Source: Bilabrum cf. latius
Taxonomy: Eukaryota
NCBI GenBank assembly: GCA_965178125.1
Contig: OZ237742.1
Coordinates: 992,001-1,056,000 of the forward strand
Direction: 5' to 3'
Length of the DNA stretch: 64,000 nt
Position numbers and translations under genes: made by a program
Shown: one piece after another, positions 1 to 13,500 of the stretch
How the letters are laid out: the number at the start of each line of letters is the position of its first letter
Numbering within the stretch: the stretch's first letter is position 1
Notes under the pieces: generated by a model
Told to the model about the DNA's origin: nothing
Databases searched by the model: none
Seen by the model: only the letters and a program-made list of their open reading frames with translations

Positions 1-1334
1 ACCTCCACGTGCTACCGAATCGCACGGAGCCCCTGGGCCCGAGCACGATCGTGGCGCTCTCCCAGCTGGAGACCGTCCTGTCTGTGCAGGGGCTGGGACC
101 GGAGGACCCAGTCAGTGAGGTGGGCATCGACGGAATCACCTTCACAGGCACCACTCCGACGTTTCTGAGGAAGGACCGACCGTACACGCAACCGATTCTC
201 AACGTGGCTGGCTGGTCCGTGTACCTAGGAGCCGCGGTGGTGGTGCGAGATGCAATCAGGCCGTCCATCACCAGGTGCACGTTCCAGAGGACTGGAGGCA
301 ACGGCGTGCTGCTGCGCGGGGGCGTCGTCAACGCGAGCATCAAATGGAACGAATTCACGCAGACCGGAGACAGCGGCGTGGTCGCGTGGGGCGAGATCCG
401 AGGGCCCGACGCCACATACGACCAGTTTGTGGACGGGGCGGTGTTCGAGGGCAACTTCGCGCACGACCTTGGGCTGCTGGGCAAGCAGATCAGCGCGTGG
501 ACGCAGTTCGGGACAGCCCGCACCCTGATTCGGCGCAATGTCCTCGGTGCAATGCCGCGCGCAGCAGTCAACATCGATGATGGCATCTTCGGCGGCAACC
601 TCATTGAGTATAACGTCGGCTTCGAGTCCGTGAGGGAGTCTGCCGACCACGGCTGGATGAACCTGTGGAGCAGGGAGCAGGCCGTCTCTGTCCGTCCATG
701 GGACGGGGCCGTCACGCCGCTCGCCGACTGGAGCGGGGCCCGCAAGAACCTCGTGCTGGCTGCAGGCGGGACCCTTTCGAACTTTGATGGGGACGATGGG
801 ACGAGGTGGCTGTGGAAGGACCACAACTCTCATGCCTACGCTGGGGCCAAGAATTATCTTGGACACAGCAAGCATAACCAGAACTCCGTGCACGTCCTAC
901 CAGACCTCGGCATGATGAAGTCGCAGTGCATGTTCAGCGATGGCGACACGGAGCACGCTGGTTACGGCGAAACCTACATCAATAACACGTGCATCTTGCT
1001 GAACGCAACGGTCGCTGTGGATAGCGGGGGCTGTCAACACGGCAACGAGACCAAGACATCTGTGTCGTCCGATGGAAACACGTACTATGTGTCAAAGGCG
1101 AGCGGAGTGTAGTTCTCGTGCGGCGAGCAGTTGTACACGCAGCAGGAGTGGGAGTCCATGACCGGCAACGCAAAGAGCTCCAAGGTGCGGGTCGGGCTAC
1201 CAGCACCCGCACAGATCGTCAGCATGATGCTGGACACGGTAGTTGATGACGGTGGGGAAATGTAGCAGCCAGCTGCGGAGCGCAAGGCCTGGTGGATGGA
1301 CACGGCAAAGTACCTCCGCTAGCACTTTTAGTAA
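1..1334 (+). CDS. Right-handed parallel beta-helix repeat protein, pectin-lyase-like fold (5' truncated by window)
   Basis: Frame is open from base 3. Beta-helix-like repeats (CTFQRTGGNGVLL, NEFTQTGDSGV, IRRNVLGAMPRAAVNIDDGIFGGNLIEYN). Reads through TAGs at 1110, ~1263, 1320 and 1329 to TAA at 1332-1334. Confidence 0.7.
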
Positions 1335-1592
1335 GCATTCGCATGGCCGTGTCTCGTAGCTTTGTGGAGCACGAACACTTATTCGGGTTCCGGATCCGTT
1401 GTCCGCGGGACGCGTGGATCCCGATCAGATCTGATCCCGATACGTTACACCCATACTCTGGATCTTCAAATCATATATATGCATTGCGAAGTCACAGACG
1501 TGCATCATCAGTATACCGTATATGTGAGCAAGCCAACAAACGCTCCACGGCTCAATCATACATGAAGCCCTACTATTGAGCAGGACAAGACC

Positions 1593-4500
1593 TCAGATGA
1601 TCTCGGAGGTATCTGTAGCCTTTGTCCCACGTGTCAAGCTATTTGTAGCGGCTGTTGCCGCTACACCTGTGGCTTTGCCTGCGGAAGACTCCTCGACCGC
1701 ACCAGTTTCCCCAAACATGGACCTCTTTCGCTGCTCTGCCTTTCTCTTGTGCTCTTCGAAAGCCTCCTTCTCCTTCCGGGCTTTCTCGCTCTCAGTTTCG
1801 AACACGGTGTGCTAGCGGAGGATGCCGATGCTCTTGGCGCCACGGACAGCTGACCACCTGCCCTTGCCACGCGGCGGTCTCCACGTAGCCTGAGAGCCCT
1901 TTCGACTCCTGCCCGTTCCTGCACCCGAGGCGCGACTCTCGCTGCGACACCTGCCCGTGTAGCTCTCGTCCGTCGGAGCTCTGGAGCGACCCTGCCCGTG
2001 CGCGGCATAGTCTTCTTCGGCATCGTCCAGCCCCCCACCCATCCGCATTTTTCGACGTTCTGCCTTTCTCTTGTGCTCTTCGAAAGCCTGCTTCTCCTTC
2101 CGGGCTTTCTCGCTCTCAGCTTCGAACACGTTCAGGACCTTCGACAACTTGCCCTTCCCGCGCGATCGTTTCCGTTTGCTCTTGGATCTATTTCGAGCCG
2201 TGCCTGTCCCTGCATCTGACGTGCGACTCTCGCTTCGCGATCTATCTTGGACGCCTTCTTCAGTTGAAGCGCTGAAACGACCCGACTCAGGCACGGCAGC
2301 GCTACCTGACTCTCCAGTGCCCAGCGCAGAGCCGGCTTCCCCGCCCTTCTATTCATACGAGCCGCCCCGTTGTCCGCCCATAGTCGGCAACTCTTGGCTT
2401 CCATCCTCGGCCTCAAACAAACGCCTGCAACTCAATCGACGGCCCGAACTGGCACGAACTGCGACCGGGTTGGCCTTCGACTCAAGCTCAGAGTGGCTGG
2501 CTGACGGTAAACTATTCGGGTCTCCTTTCGACGATGCGATCAGCAGCTCGCGCTTGCTACGCATGAGACCAAGTGATGGCCTTGATTCTCTCGACTTCTC
2601 TTCTTCTGACAGCCCAGGAGGACGCTAGGGCGGCCGTGCAACACGTGACCTCCCCTTGGGTCCCGCACGCTCTGCCTCCTCCTTCTTCTCCTTCGCCGCC
2701 TTTGCCTTTGCGTCTGCTTCCCGCTACTTCCTCATCATGACGATCGGATTGCTAGTCACATCCTGCTTTTCTTGATTACGTAACGATTTGGTGCTGCTGG
2801 CGATCCCAGCTCCAGCTGCCATTGCACCCACTATACCGAGCCCGGCGGATCTGCTTGATGTTGGATCCACCGAGCCAGGAGAGGGCCCATCAGAGGGAAA
2901 ACAGCACGACATCCAGCCCTAGGAGCCACATGTACCAATTTCAGCGCAAGAAATCTGCAATCTCCCGCACACTGGGGCCCCCATGTAGGTCCAGATTAGG
3001 ATTCCAGCAGTCGCAGCGACGGACCATCCTTGGCCAGCAACTTCCTTGAAGTCCTTGCGGAAGCTGAATATGGCGTAAACGAGAAGCAGCGCGTTGGATC
3101 CAATCACTAGCATGGTGGCGGGGAACTCGAGGCTCATGTTGTACCCGCCTAGCGGATCGATCTGGCGCTCCACATGCACGGCTAGTACGGCAAGCAACGT
3201 GGCAGCTGCCACGGCCAGGGAGTACACATCCAGCAAATTCAGCAGGTCGTCATGCTAGTATTTAACAGCAGGAAGCACCCGGACTAGATCTTTGAGCCCG
3301 TCACCACCCTCTTCTTCATCGTCTTCCTCCCCGTCACTGTAGTCAGGGAAGACATTGATGGCGTCATCCACCACCTCCAGCAAGTCTTCCATGAACGGTG
3401 CATCCAAGGGATCTCGATCGAGGTCAGCAGTTTCCTGGTCACCGTCATTTTGATCGAAAGGCACATCAGTGCTTTGCTTCGAAGCCACCGAATCCCAAGC
3501 TCCATCGTCAGGCAGTCTTGCTGCGCTCGCGCCAGCAGCACTTGCAAGACGAGGGCCAGGACCAGGGGCACGTGCTACGAAGCCGCGAGCAGCCGTCTCT
3601 GAACGACTGCAGCCCTTTCCATCCTCGTTTCCCTCATCTTGTCGCCGCAGCAGACCAGTGCCCCTGCTTGGGATAGCCTGCAAGTGGAGATGAGACACGG
3701 TCTTTCGGCGCACCAGCTCGGATGGCCGCGATGGCTGCCTGCCACCTTCCTACGTTCCACGACTTGCGCTCTTTTGCTCCGCATCCATGGTCGGCGCGGT
3801 CATCCCCTCGCTGTCTTCTGACATGGTAGATCGATCCAGGCGTGCCAAGCCCCCGGGCCCCTTCACCTTCGCTCGAGACTCAATGCGAGCTTCCTACAAC
3901 CATTCACGCACAGCATCCCGCATCCGAGCCTTTTCGTAGCGTCGCACACTAGCATTACAAGCTATGCACATGGTGGCGCAGAACGCGTATAGTGTTTCGC
4001 CGCAGCACCAGCCAGCGTAGGGTTTGTCCAAAACCTCAGTTTCGAAGATGGCATGCGAGCGAGCCCCGTCTTTCTTCTCATGCATGTCATGCATTTCCTT
4101 TTTGAGCTTCCGGATGCACTCTCTACACCGTTTCGGGTAGCTAGCCTTGTCCCTGTCGAATTTTGCTTTCTGATCGATCCAGGTCTTCTCGTTCCCTGCC
4201 ATGGCCTTGGTCGGAGCCACTGGCTTTGGTGGCATGCGCGACTTGGCCGCATCCAGAAGATGGTACCATAAGTGGCTCTTCCAGCCAGAGTACATGGAAT
4301 CGGGCATGATGTTCCAGATCCTAGTGTCGGTTGCATCATCTTTGTGAGGCTCTGCGTTGGCGCTGGAGTGCTGACCATGAGCGTGTCCTGACCCAGCATG
4401 CGAGGACAGCCGACGGCTTGATGCACCTCTTGCAAGGGAGCCCCGTCGCCCAGAGGCCATCGATAGAGATCTACGTCGGCCATCTGCGGGCGCACGGTCT

Positions 4501-7500
4501 TCGGCCTCGTTTGATTGCACGCCGTCCTACTTGTCGAGCTCCACGGCATCAAACCCGAGACCCTCCCCTCTCGTAGCATCGTCCGGCTTCATGTATACGA
4601 CCTTGCCGGTTGCGGTGTCAAACATCACGACGGGCAGCCCGTCCTTGGTGGTACGCTGCTTGTGCTGGTACGGTCGAGCCAGCGTCTACAGGATGAGCGA
4701 AATGATCACAATCGACAGCATGGCCAGTACTTGAACCTCGGGACCTAGCGGGGCTAGCACCGTCACCGCCAGCGCCTGTGCCGCCTTCCGCAATAGATTC
4801 ACCGCCTCCCAATATTTGCGCTCCTCCTTCAGCCCCTTGAACATGAAGCTCATCGAGTTGTCCACCGCGATCCAAGTCTCCCTGGAAACACAAGTGCAGC
4901 ACCTGCCCTTGACGAGAAGAACGACTGCCAGTGGCACTCCCAAACTGAACCCCAAGAGCATTGGCAAAGCAACCCGCAACATTTCCTCAAAGTTATCCGA
5001 GCAGCGGTAGTTCAGGTTCATCGACAAGCGCAGCTGCCCTTGGTCCCGAGTCGTGCTACCAAACAGCTCCCAGTCACTCACCACTTGCTTAGATTCGTTG
5101 TAGGCTTCCCATTCAGACTAAGGTGCACCCGGAGCTGGCACAGTCAAGTTGACAGCTTCGTATGCTTCACGCCTGGCATCCACCAGGGCGTCAAATGCAG
5201 CTCCCTGTTCGGGCTGGATGGACCGGCATGATAGCATTCGAAAGGCCGCTTCTGTCATCGGTGTGTGCACAAGGAAGAATATCACCAAAACTGACAGGGC
5301 CATTCGGTTCAGCCACATGCGCAGCAGATCCACGAGCTCCGTCTGGTACGTCACTCCCTGCTTGATGAAGACATCTTCATCAGCTGTCTCGTCGCTGTCG
5401 CTGTCAGAGTTGTCGGGGCTGGACTTAACATTTGTAATCCTTCGAATCGAAGCAGCAGTGCTAGCCTACAGTAGGTTGCGCCTGGTGCTAAAGTTGCTAC
5501 GGAGACTCATCCTCTACAGCCACTGGTACTTCTTGGCAAGCAGAGGAACACGCAGAACCATCGAGTACCACACCGGCAAGTGGCTGATCGCCTCCCCATT
5601 GGACTTTTCGTTGACCGAGTCAGTAGCAGGCTGATCCGCCGCGGGTCTTTGAACGCTTGCCCTTCTTGGAGAACGAGGTAAGCCGTGAAGACTCTCCCGG
5701 CGTGGTTGGTGCTGGCTGGCAGACGCACGGCGCAATGCATTGCTCATGGGAGCGCTCTATGCCGCACTCTTTGTGGAGCGCCCCTGCTCAGCGTCTTGTA
5801 TCATGGCCAGCGCCTAAGCAGCACCCCCCCCAAATCGAACGTTCGACCTGATCATTCTTTTCTTCGCTGCATTCGACATCGACATGCTGTGGCCCCCTTT
5901 CATGACTGGACGCGACGGCAGCTGTCTGTTTGAATGCTAGGCGGCAGCAATTGGGTTCGTTGCAGTGGACGGACCGCCTGTGGATGCTGTGGATCGAGCT
6001 CCGAGATCCTTGCCACCTCTGACTAAGTCGATTCGTTTGCTGCCGAAGCACGAGCAGCAGCACGCATCTACCCAAGCCATTTGGGTGGCCCCTCGGGTCA
6101 TCCCTTGCTCCATCCGGTACTCCTCCCACGCCGTCGCCCTGTCAGCGTCGCTGCTATGCTGGTAGTAGATTTCCTCAGCCTTCTCCATGTGGTCGAGCCA
6201 AGCCTTGGACCTCTGACAGCAAACGGCGTCGTACAGCGTTGGCATGAACGGCGCATGCAAGGCCTTGTCGTTGTCAGGCCTGCGCCAGTAGGCCAGTGTG
6301 TACCGCCAAAACAGCATCAGGCCCCATACGGTGGCAGCAAAAAGCACCAGTCCAGGCAGAACCATGTACTTAAGTATCGTCTGTGCCACCGGATCAGAGC
6401 TCTGGGAAAGCATGCACTCCAGTGCCATCCCGTCAGTGGCAGCCGATGCCCCCACAGAAACACCGCCAAAGAAGTTGCCCATTTCAACAGGAAACTGAAC
6501 ATCAAGCGAGCTCACAATCGCCACTGTCTGCAAGTGAGTGAAGAGGATCTTTGCCGCGACTACTGTTTGCTGTTCCCCCTCCTCATTCTGCTGCTTCCAA
6601 GCCCTAACAAGCAGAAAGCCGAGGCCAGCAGCGAGCAAAAGAGCGATAAATACCTTACTGACCAGCCGGCCGATGGCCTACCGACCAGAATTGGAGGGAC
6701 ACTCAAGGCACCTGCCAACCGGGTTGCGGAAGAATCCATCTTCGCACTGCTGGCACATGACTCCGGTGTGACCGCTGGCACATTTCTCCAGTTCAAGGGG
6801 TGCGAGGGTACGGCTCCCAGCCAGTGCACTAGGACGACTTTCCCAGCCCTACGCCACGAGCAGTCTAAGCGTGTCCTCCGGCGGGACAAGCCAAAACGAT
6901 ACAACAGTCCCATTGGGGTACGCCCTTCGTATTTCACTCGGCCTATCTGTCCAGGGAGGTAGGACCGGAGTTTCGTCTAGATTGCTGCCCAAGTTGAATC
7001 CACTGCCTTCAAAGAGAGGCTACAAGCTGGCCAAGGTTCTATCACGACGTGCTCGTGCCTAGGTGCCTTCGTCTTCGCGAAGAGTACCATCATTCCTCTG
7101 TACTCTTCCGGTTGTCACAAGCTGTGAGACCTCTTTCAGAAGGCGCGATTGACCCACCAACTCCTTCGCTGCGGCTGCCGAATCAGTGCGCTCAATTGCC
7201 ATCTGGAGCTGTGTAGGCTCGGAAATATGCACCTGTGCAGAACCAGATGCGTCTGCCTCAGCTGGCACCGATACAGGGACACCTCTACAAACATCAGCCT
7301 AGTCGCAACGTACGAAGCCTACTTGGCCGTATGACCACGGCAAACGCTGATACCCTTCCAGGGCAGCAATCTTGGTTGCCACCTCACCTGCGCATACAGC
7401 TCCTTCGGGGCAAAGCATGCACTCCTGCTTGATGCCCATGTCGCTGCTGGGCCGAAATCGCCCAAATTGACAAGAAGATACAACTTTCCAGGGGACATAC

Positions 7501-10500
7501 GCCCATTCACTTGCACGCGCTTTCTCCTCAATACCATCAGCCACGTGCTCGGCACGCACACGCACAATGTATGGCTCGCCAGATGGTACATTAAACGTGG
7601 TTTCTGATGCGTACCAGGCCGCATCAGAGGAGAGATCATTGAGCCTGCCATTCGTGTTGTCTGCCAGAACAGCTCGCTGCCTGGCCTCTCTTAATCGCAC
7701 TAGGGTGCTTTCGAGGTCGCGAAGCTCCCCTTCGATCCCGAATCGGTCTGGATTTGACTGCAACTAGCTGGTGTTGCCGGCCTGCATTAGTGAAATTAGC
7801 CGGTCGAGCTCTTCATCCTCGAAGTCTTGCTGCAGCCATGGCGCCCAGCCACTCGGTGATTCAGGTGCGCGCGTCTCGAAGGCCGTCACCGCAGCATCGG
7901 TGCCGAACGCACTCAAAGAGGGCGCCGCTTCGACCCTGAACCTTTGCGTTGCAAGGAAATTGAGGGCTTTTGTCCCGCTGATTGCGTCCACGGCCTTCCG
8001 TTCCATGTACTGGTTGGGAAAGAACCAGCGAACCACCAGACGGAGGTCGTCTCCGACACGTCTCCATGCAGCGGGGGCCAGAGGAGCGACTGGGGGCGGG
8101 AAATTCTGGGCTATTCCCTTTGGAGTGAGTCGTGCTCCATCGGGTGCGTCCATGCCGTAGTTGCCTGGAGGCAGCAATATGCCCCCTTCATCGCCAGCAC
8201 CCGCAGCCGAAGAAGGGGCAGTTGCGACGAGCTCCCCGTCATTTGTATACCTCTTGAGGTTGGACACTCCGGTGCGGATCACCACTTCGATTCCCAAATA
8301 GGGCTACACGGCCCCCGGATTGGTCAATACGTAGATCCATAGGGGATGATCATCGGGAATCTCACATGCAAGCTCGGTGCTCGACACAAACCAATCAAGT
8401 GCGCTGCCCGTGCAGGGCACTCCACCGATCGTCAAGTTGACAAGGTCAGCTGCAACGGCCCCGAATCCTTCTCCTCGGATGGATATGGTCTCGCCGGGGC
8501 CAGCTTCTTCCGGCACAACATTCAGCACACGAGGCGGAGGGATCAGCGTGACTGCATCTAGAGATGGCTGAGACGCAAGGCCGAGCACATCAATGCTCGC
8601 AGAGGAGACGGGCCATGGGCCTCCAATCACACCGCGGCCATCTGGGTCCGCATCCTCTGCGGCCGCGTCTGGCTGCACCCACCGCAGCCCAATGCAGCGG
8701 ATGGCCCGGCCTGGCTCCAGCATCTCAAGCCTAGCGCAATCTATACCTCCAATACGCACGCGTGAAGCCTGTCCAAGCACCAAAGGGAAGGCACGTCCTC
8801 GAAGAACCAAAGAAGCGTTCGGGTCACCGGCCAGGATAGCTTCCCTGGGCTGACCGGGTGAAATGGCTGGGGCGCAGTACGAGAGCTGCTGTGGCCGACT
8901 TACCACGCCTCCGGCCATCTGCACCCTGACCTGTATGGCCGATCCGGCTCCAGGCGGGAGCTCTAGCCGAATGCTCTCTGATGACATCCACACCGCAGGC
9001 ATCAGCGACCCGGTTGGCGTGCTGAGTGCAGCTGCTGCATCCGTGACAGGCACTGGGACTCCGAGCACGTAGCCCGGTATACCCATCATCTCCTTATATC
9101 CTACCGATAGAAGGCGGCTTGCATTCAGAAGCCCCTCTTTGGAGCCTGCCTCGACTGACGTACTGTTAAAGCCAGCCTGCAGTGCTTCGGCTTCTAGGTC
9201 AAATCCGGACAGCAGCACGTACTCCACGTCCTGCGGCCCTCTGCCAAACCCGAGACCCTCAATGATTACCGCACTTTCAGAGTTACCCCCCAGTGTATCT
9301 GAGCATTGCTAGAAGGACAGCTGCAGCACTCGAGGAGGCGTCATCAAGTCTACACCGGCAAACTGCATAGCCTACCCCGCTACTGCTATTTGGAGCGTGT
9401 TTCCTTCCCATGGAACTAGTGAGCTCAAGTCGTCATCCTGCCAGCCAAATTCATTGCATTGGATGCAGCCAGACACCGCGATCAACCCACTTGTGAGGCG
9501 CGGGCGTAGCTCAGGGAACCCCTTTCGGTCAACCCACTACTCAGCTGCGTCCAGATCAAGATCCTCGACATTGGTACAAGGCACACCACCAAAGGAGAGC
9601 ACCCTGTCAATGAAGAGCTGCGAGCCAAGTGACTGGCCACACACTAGCCTTTGCCTTTGCTCGCCATAGACAAGGTAGTTGGGCTCGACTATCTCAACCT
9701 GTGGTGGCGAGTAGGAGAGCTCCCCAACTGCGACCGACCCTGTCCGCAGCACAACCGCCACGCCAATCGAAGCGCCAGCTCCTCTAGGAACTTCAACCTC
9801 GAGTCGAGAGCTCGACAGCCACTGTACCGGACTATCAGGTGCGGAAACGATCACACCACCAGACTCATTCGTACTTGGTGCGTATCGACTTGAGAGCGCA
9901 GCACAGCGGCGAGCTGCGATAGGGAGCGGGCTCGGTGATGGTGACACGCTGGCTGACGGAGCTGCGGACGGGGTTGATGTCGGGCTCGGTGACGTCGTTG
10001 GGCCTATTGAAGGAGTTGTCCCGTTCGTGGTAGAGTTCGGACTATCTTGGGGATTCGCGCTGGTAGATGGGCTCGGCTGGGTGGATGCACTGGTGCTGGA
10101 ATTTTGGCCAGGACTTGGAGACGGAACTAGGCTTGCAGTTGAATTACTGGTTCCATTTGTTCCCGCATCAGTTGAGCCATTGCTTGCAGCTACAGGCAAT
10201 GTGGAATTCAGTGTGCTATTTCCATCGAACAGCTATCGACGACTTGTTGGTCGCCAACTTGATGAAGCTTCGACTGGTTGTAGGCGGCGTAACGTTCTAT
10301 TTGTGGATGGCGGTACAGGGCCAGAGCTGTTGGTACCTGCCGCAGTGCCATTCCCAGCGACTCCAGTCGATCTGTTTGATACAGCAGTAGAGTTGTCCGG
10401 CACCGGTGGAGATGGCCACGGCGTCGCGCTCACAGAAACATTGGGCAGTGTCTGGTTTGATGGTATGCTCTGGTTCAGCTAAGCTGATGGGCTGACCGAT

Positions 10501-13500
10501 GCCGTCGGTGTGACCGATGCAGACGCTGATGGTGATGGGCTCGGTAACGGGACCCTGCCAAAAATAAGCGGCTCGACGCAGGCATCCACCACACCATCCA
10601 GTGTTGACCAGGATGTATCGTCATCAGCAGCCCCAGATGCGGCCTCTGGCCAAGGGCCGAACACTACTGCGACCACATCCCTCGCATCAAGCCCGAAGCC
10701 CTACCCCTACACAATAATTGTACCGTACCCTGACGTGTCATAGTCGAGCTCAGGCTGCGTCTTTGGAGAAATACCAGATACTGAGGGGGCCCCTTGCAGA
10801 TCAACAACAGTGCTTGATACCACTGTTTGCCCTGCGATCACCACCTCAACCTCATTGGTAGGCCAGTCGTCCGCAGCGCGCTCCCACACTGCCGTACCAT
10901 TCGAAAGCATGGACTCGTACCGGGGCTGAAGGCCGTCGCACGTGATGTATCGCCCAGACAGCACAGATTCGTCTGCATCTGCCGCCGCTGCCGCCCCGCC
11001 GAACCTCTCCACAATAGCCAGGTCTGCCCCTTGTCGCACGGACCGGCACGGCAAGCCACCCAGAGTGATGCTGTCGATGTGATCGTCACGAAAGCCAAAG
11101 TATCTTCCTTGCAGCACAATGCTCACGTTGAAGTCTCGTGCGAGGGCGACCGATGGAAACGCTCTTACGATCTCAGGTCTTGCGAATGACAGTGTGCTAG
11201 TCCCTCCAATAGGAGACACAAGTCCAGTGCGCATACCAACAGAGACTGGGGCGTCCGCACCAACACCCCTTGGAATCATTACTGCAATGTTGTTCTCCGA
11301 GCTCCACCGGATGAGAGGACCGTCTTGGTTATTAAGTTCCTGCTCATTCAGGCTACTTACATCGTCATCTGCGCCCGGTGGAGGGGCCATTTCAAGCAAT
11401 ACCTACCCATCATCTCCCGTCTCAGCACTAACTTCCCAAAATTGCACTGAGCCATCAGCGTACACAAAGCGATTATGGTACACGCTCACAGCATTCTCTC
11501 CTTCCCCGAATCGAACGTACTCCACATCACCATTATACAGGCGATCAGGCCCCGTTTCGCCGACCTGTCGATCTCTCGTTCCAAAGCCAAGCCCAGCGAC
11601 TCGAGCGAACAAACCACCAGTGGTCGGGACACGCCCATCGCTGCTCGGCACTACCCCAGTCTGCTTTGGCAGTCGCGAGTCTGCAGCAACTGTGACAGCA
11701 AGCACCTCGGGCGGCGGTTGCGGTCTGAGGAAACTGCGCTTCTGCGTCTCTGTGATCTTGCCTTCAGACGCGTCGCTGGATATTCGAAAGAAAACTATCT
11801 CTGAGTCCCACAGCTGGGGCGCGTCGACAATGCACCCGAGCTTCTTTGACTGCCCCGGGACGGGAAATGAGTCAGAGCAGTTCAGCGGGCCGATTACCAC
11901 CTGCTCGATTGTGATTCCAGGCTCCTGCAACCCCTCCCCGGAGATCTCGAAGCGATACTGCATGCTACCTGGCGCTGCTGGCAGCACAATGGCCGGCTCA
12001 ACGCTCAGCACGAACACCTGCATGTACCGCAGGCCGTTGGGTTCCGACCGGGTGCCTCCATATAGGGCGCTGACTGAGGCAAATGTAGAGTCAAACGATG
12101 ATGTTAGGGATGGAATGTACAAGCACGGCTCACCAGAGCCACACGCAGTGTCACGAAGACTCGATATCCCAGGAGGGTTGACGTTCTCCCAGAATCCCGC
12201 AGACACGAGAGAGCCAGAAGCTGATGACAACACGTTGGTCACCTGCAAGCTGATATCTTGTAGCATGAGCGAGATTTCAGCTCCATTCTGACGGCTGCGC
12301 TCTATGATTACTTTCTAGGCATCTGAATTGACCAACCAATCGGGTGGCAAGTTGGACACGGCAGCCTCCACGAATTGATCACCCTGCGGCTCTAGTCTCT
12401 GCCTGTCAACGTTGCTAGCAGGATTGTCAATCCATCGGAGCGTTGGCTGCTCGAACGAAATGGAGGGGCGCATCTCTCGCTGCAGCGGACTAACCACAAC
12501 GTGCCGAGGTCGCCACATCGTCGCGCCCTCAAACCCCCTTGCCCACTCAGGAAGCTCGACTCGGTACTGCGCGTTTGGGCTCCACAACTTCACGGTAACA
12601 GTGCTACTAGTCATGTTAATGGACCTCTGGTTTGTATGCAGCACACCATGAAGAGGCTGCGGCACCCGTGACATTGCTGCCCCGCCAAGTGCGACAGCTG
12701 CATCCACTACTGGCGGCTCGTTGAAACGAGCATCTACTAGTGGAGTGGCGAAACCTCGCATCGATTCATCACCGGCACTGGGGCTGAGTTGACCACCCGC
12801 AAGAGACAACATTTGTGTATCTAAGCGTTCCCAAGGTTTTGCTACCGCACTGGAAACCATCAAGTCTACACCGGCGCCGAACGGAGCTTGAGCTCTAACC
12901 GTAGCAGCAGCTGGCACCCAAACTGCACATACAGCAGACAGGGTCTACAAATCGCAGTACACATTTGAGGTGCTGCTTCTGTCAGTTTGGTGAAGCGCTA
13001 GCGAGGCACAGTCATTGTCAGTGATTCCTTGAGGCACTGGCTGGCCAAGTGTGAACGGTGAGACTCGGGGCTGCGCTGCAGACCACATTTGCTGAGCTCC
13101 CGCAATCGACATGTTCGTATGTGGAAGCGTCACGTCGTCGTACTCTATCACAGTTGACTCGCTACAGCCATAATTGGATCCTCGATCGTACGACCCATTC
13201 AGAAACAGAAGCTAGTCACTAAATCTATACCTCACGTTGGCTCTAAAGAAATTTCTGACTTGTCGCGACTCTTGCCGAAGCTAGCAGTCATTCCAATCGT
13301 CAATGGCTTGACTGACTAGGCTACTTCCAGTACCAGTGACAGATACTTCATCTTTGAAGTACGCACACACGACATCCATCACATCGTTCCAAAGTGGTTC
13401 ATCATTTGCTTGCATGCGGCAAGACACCCTGGTTCGCTCCCGGCTCGGCACTCGAACCACGTACGTACCAAGATCAAACTCACCAACACCGCGGCTCAAT

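Noticed and set aside
1423-1436. 14-bp palindrome GATCAGATCTGATC between convergent genes
   Set aside because: Single short instance with no flanking element structure.
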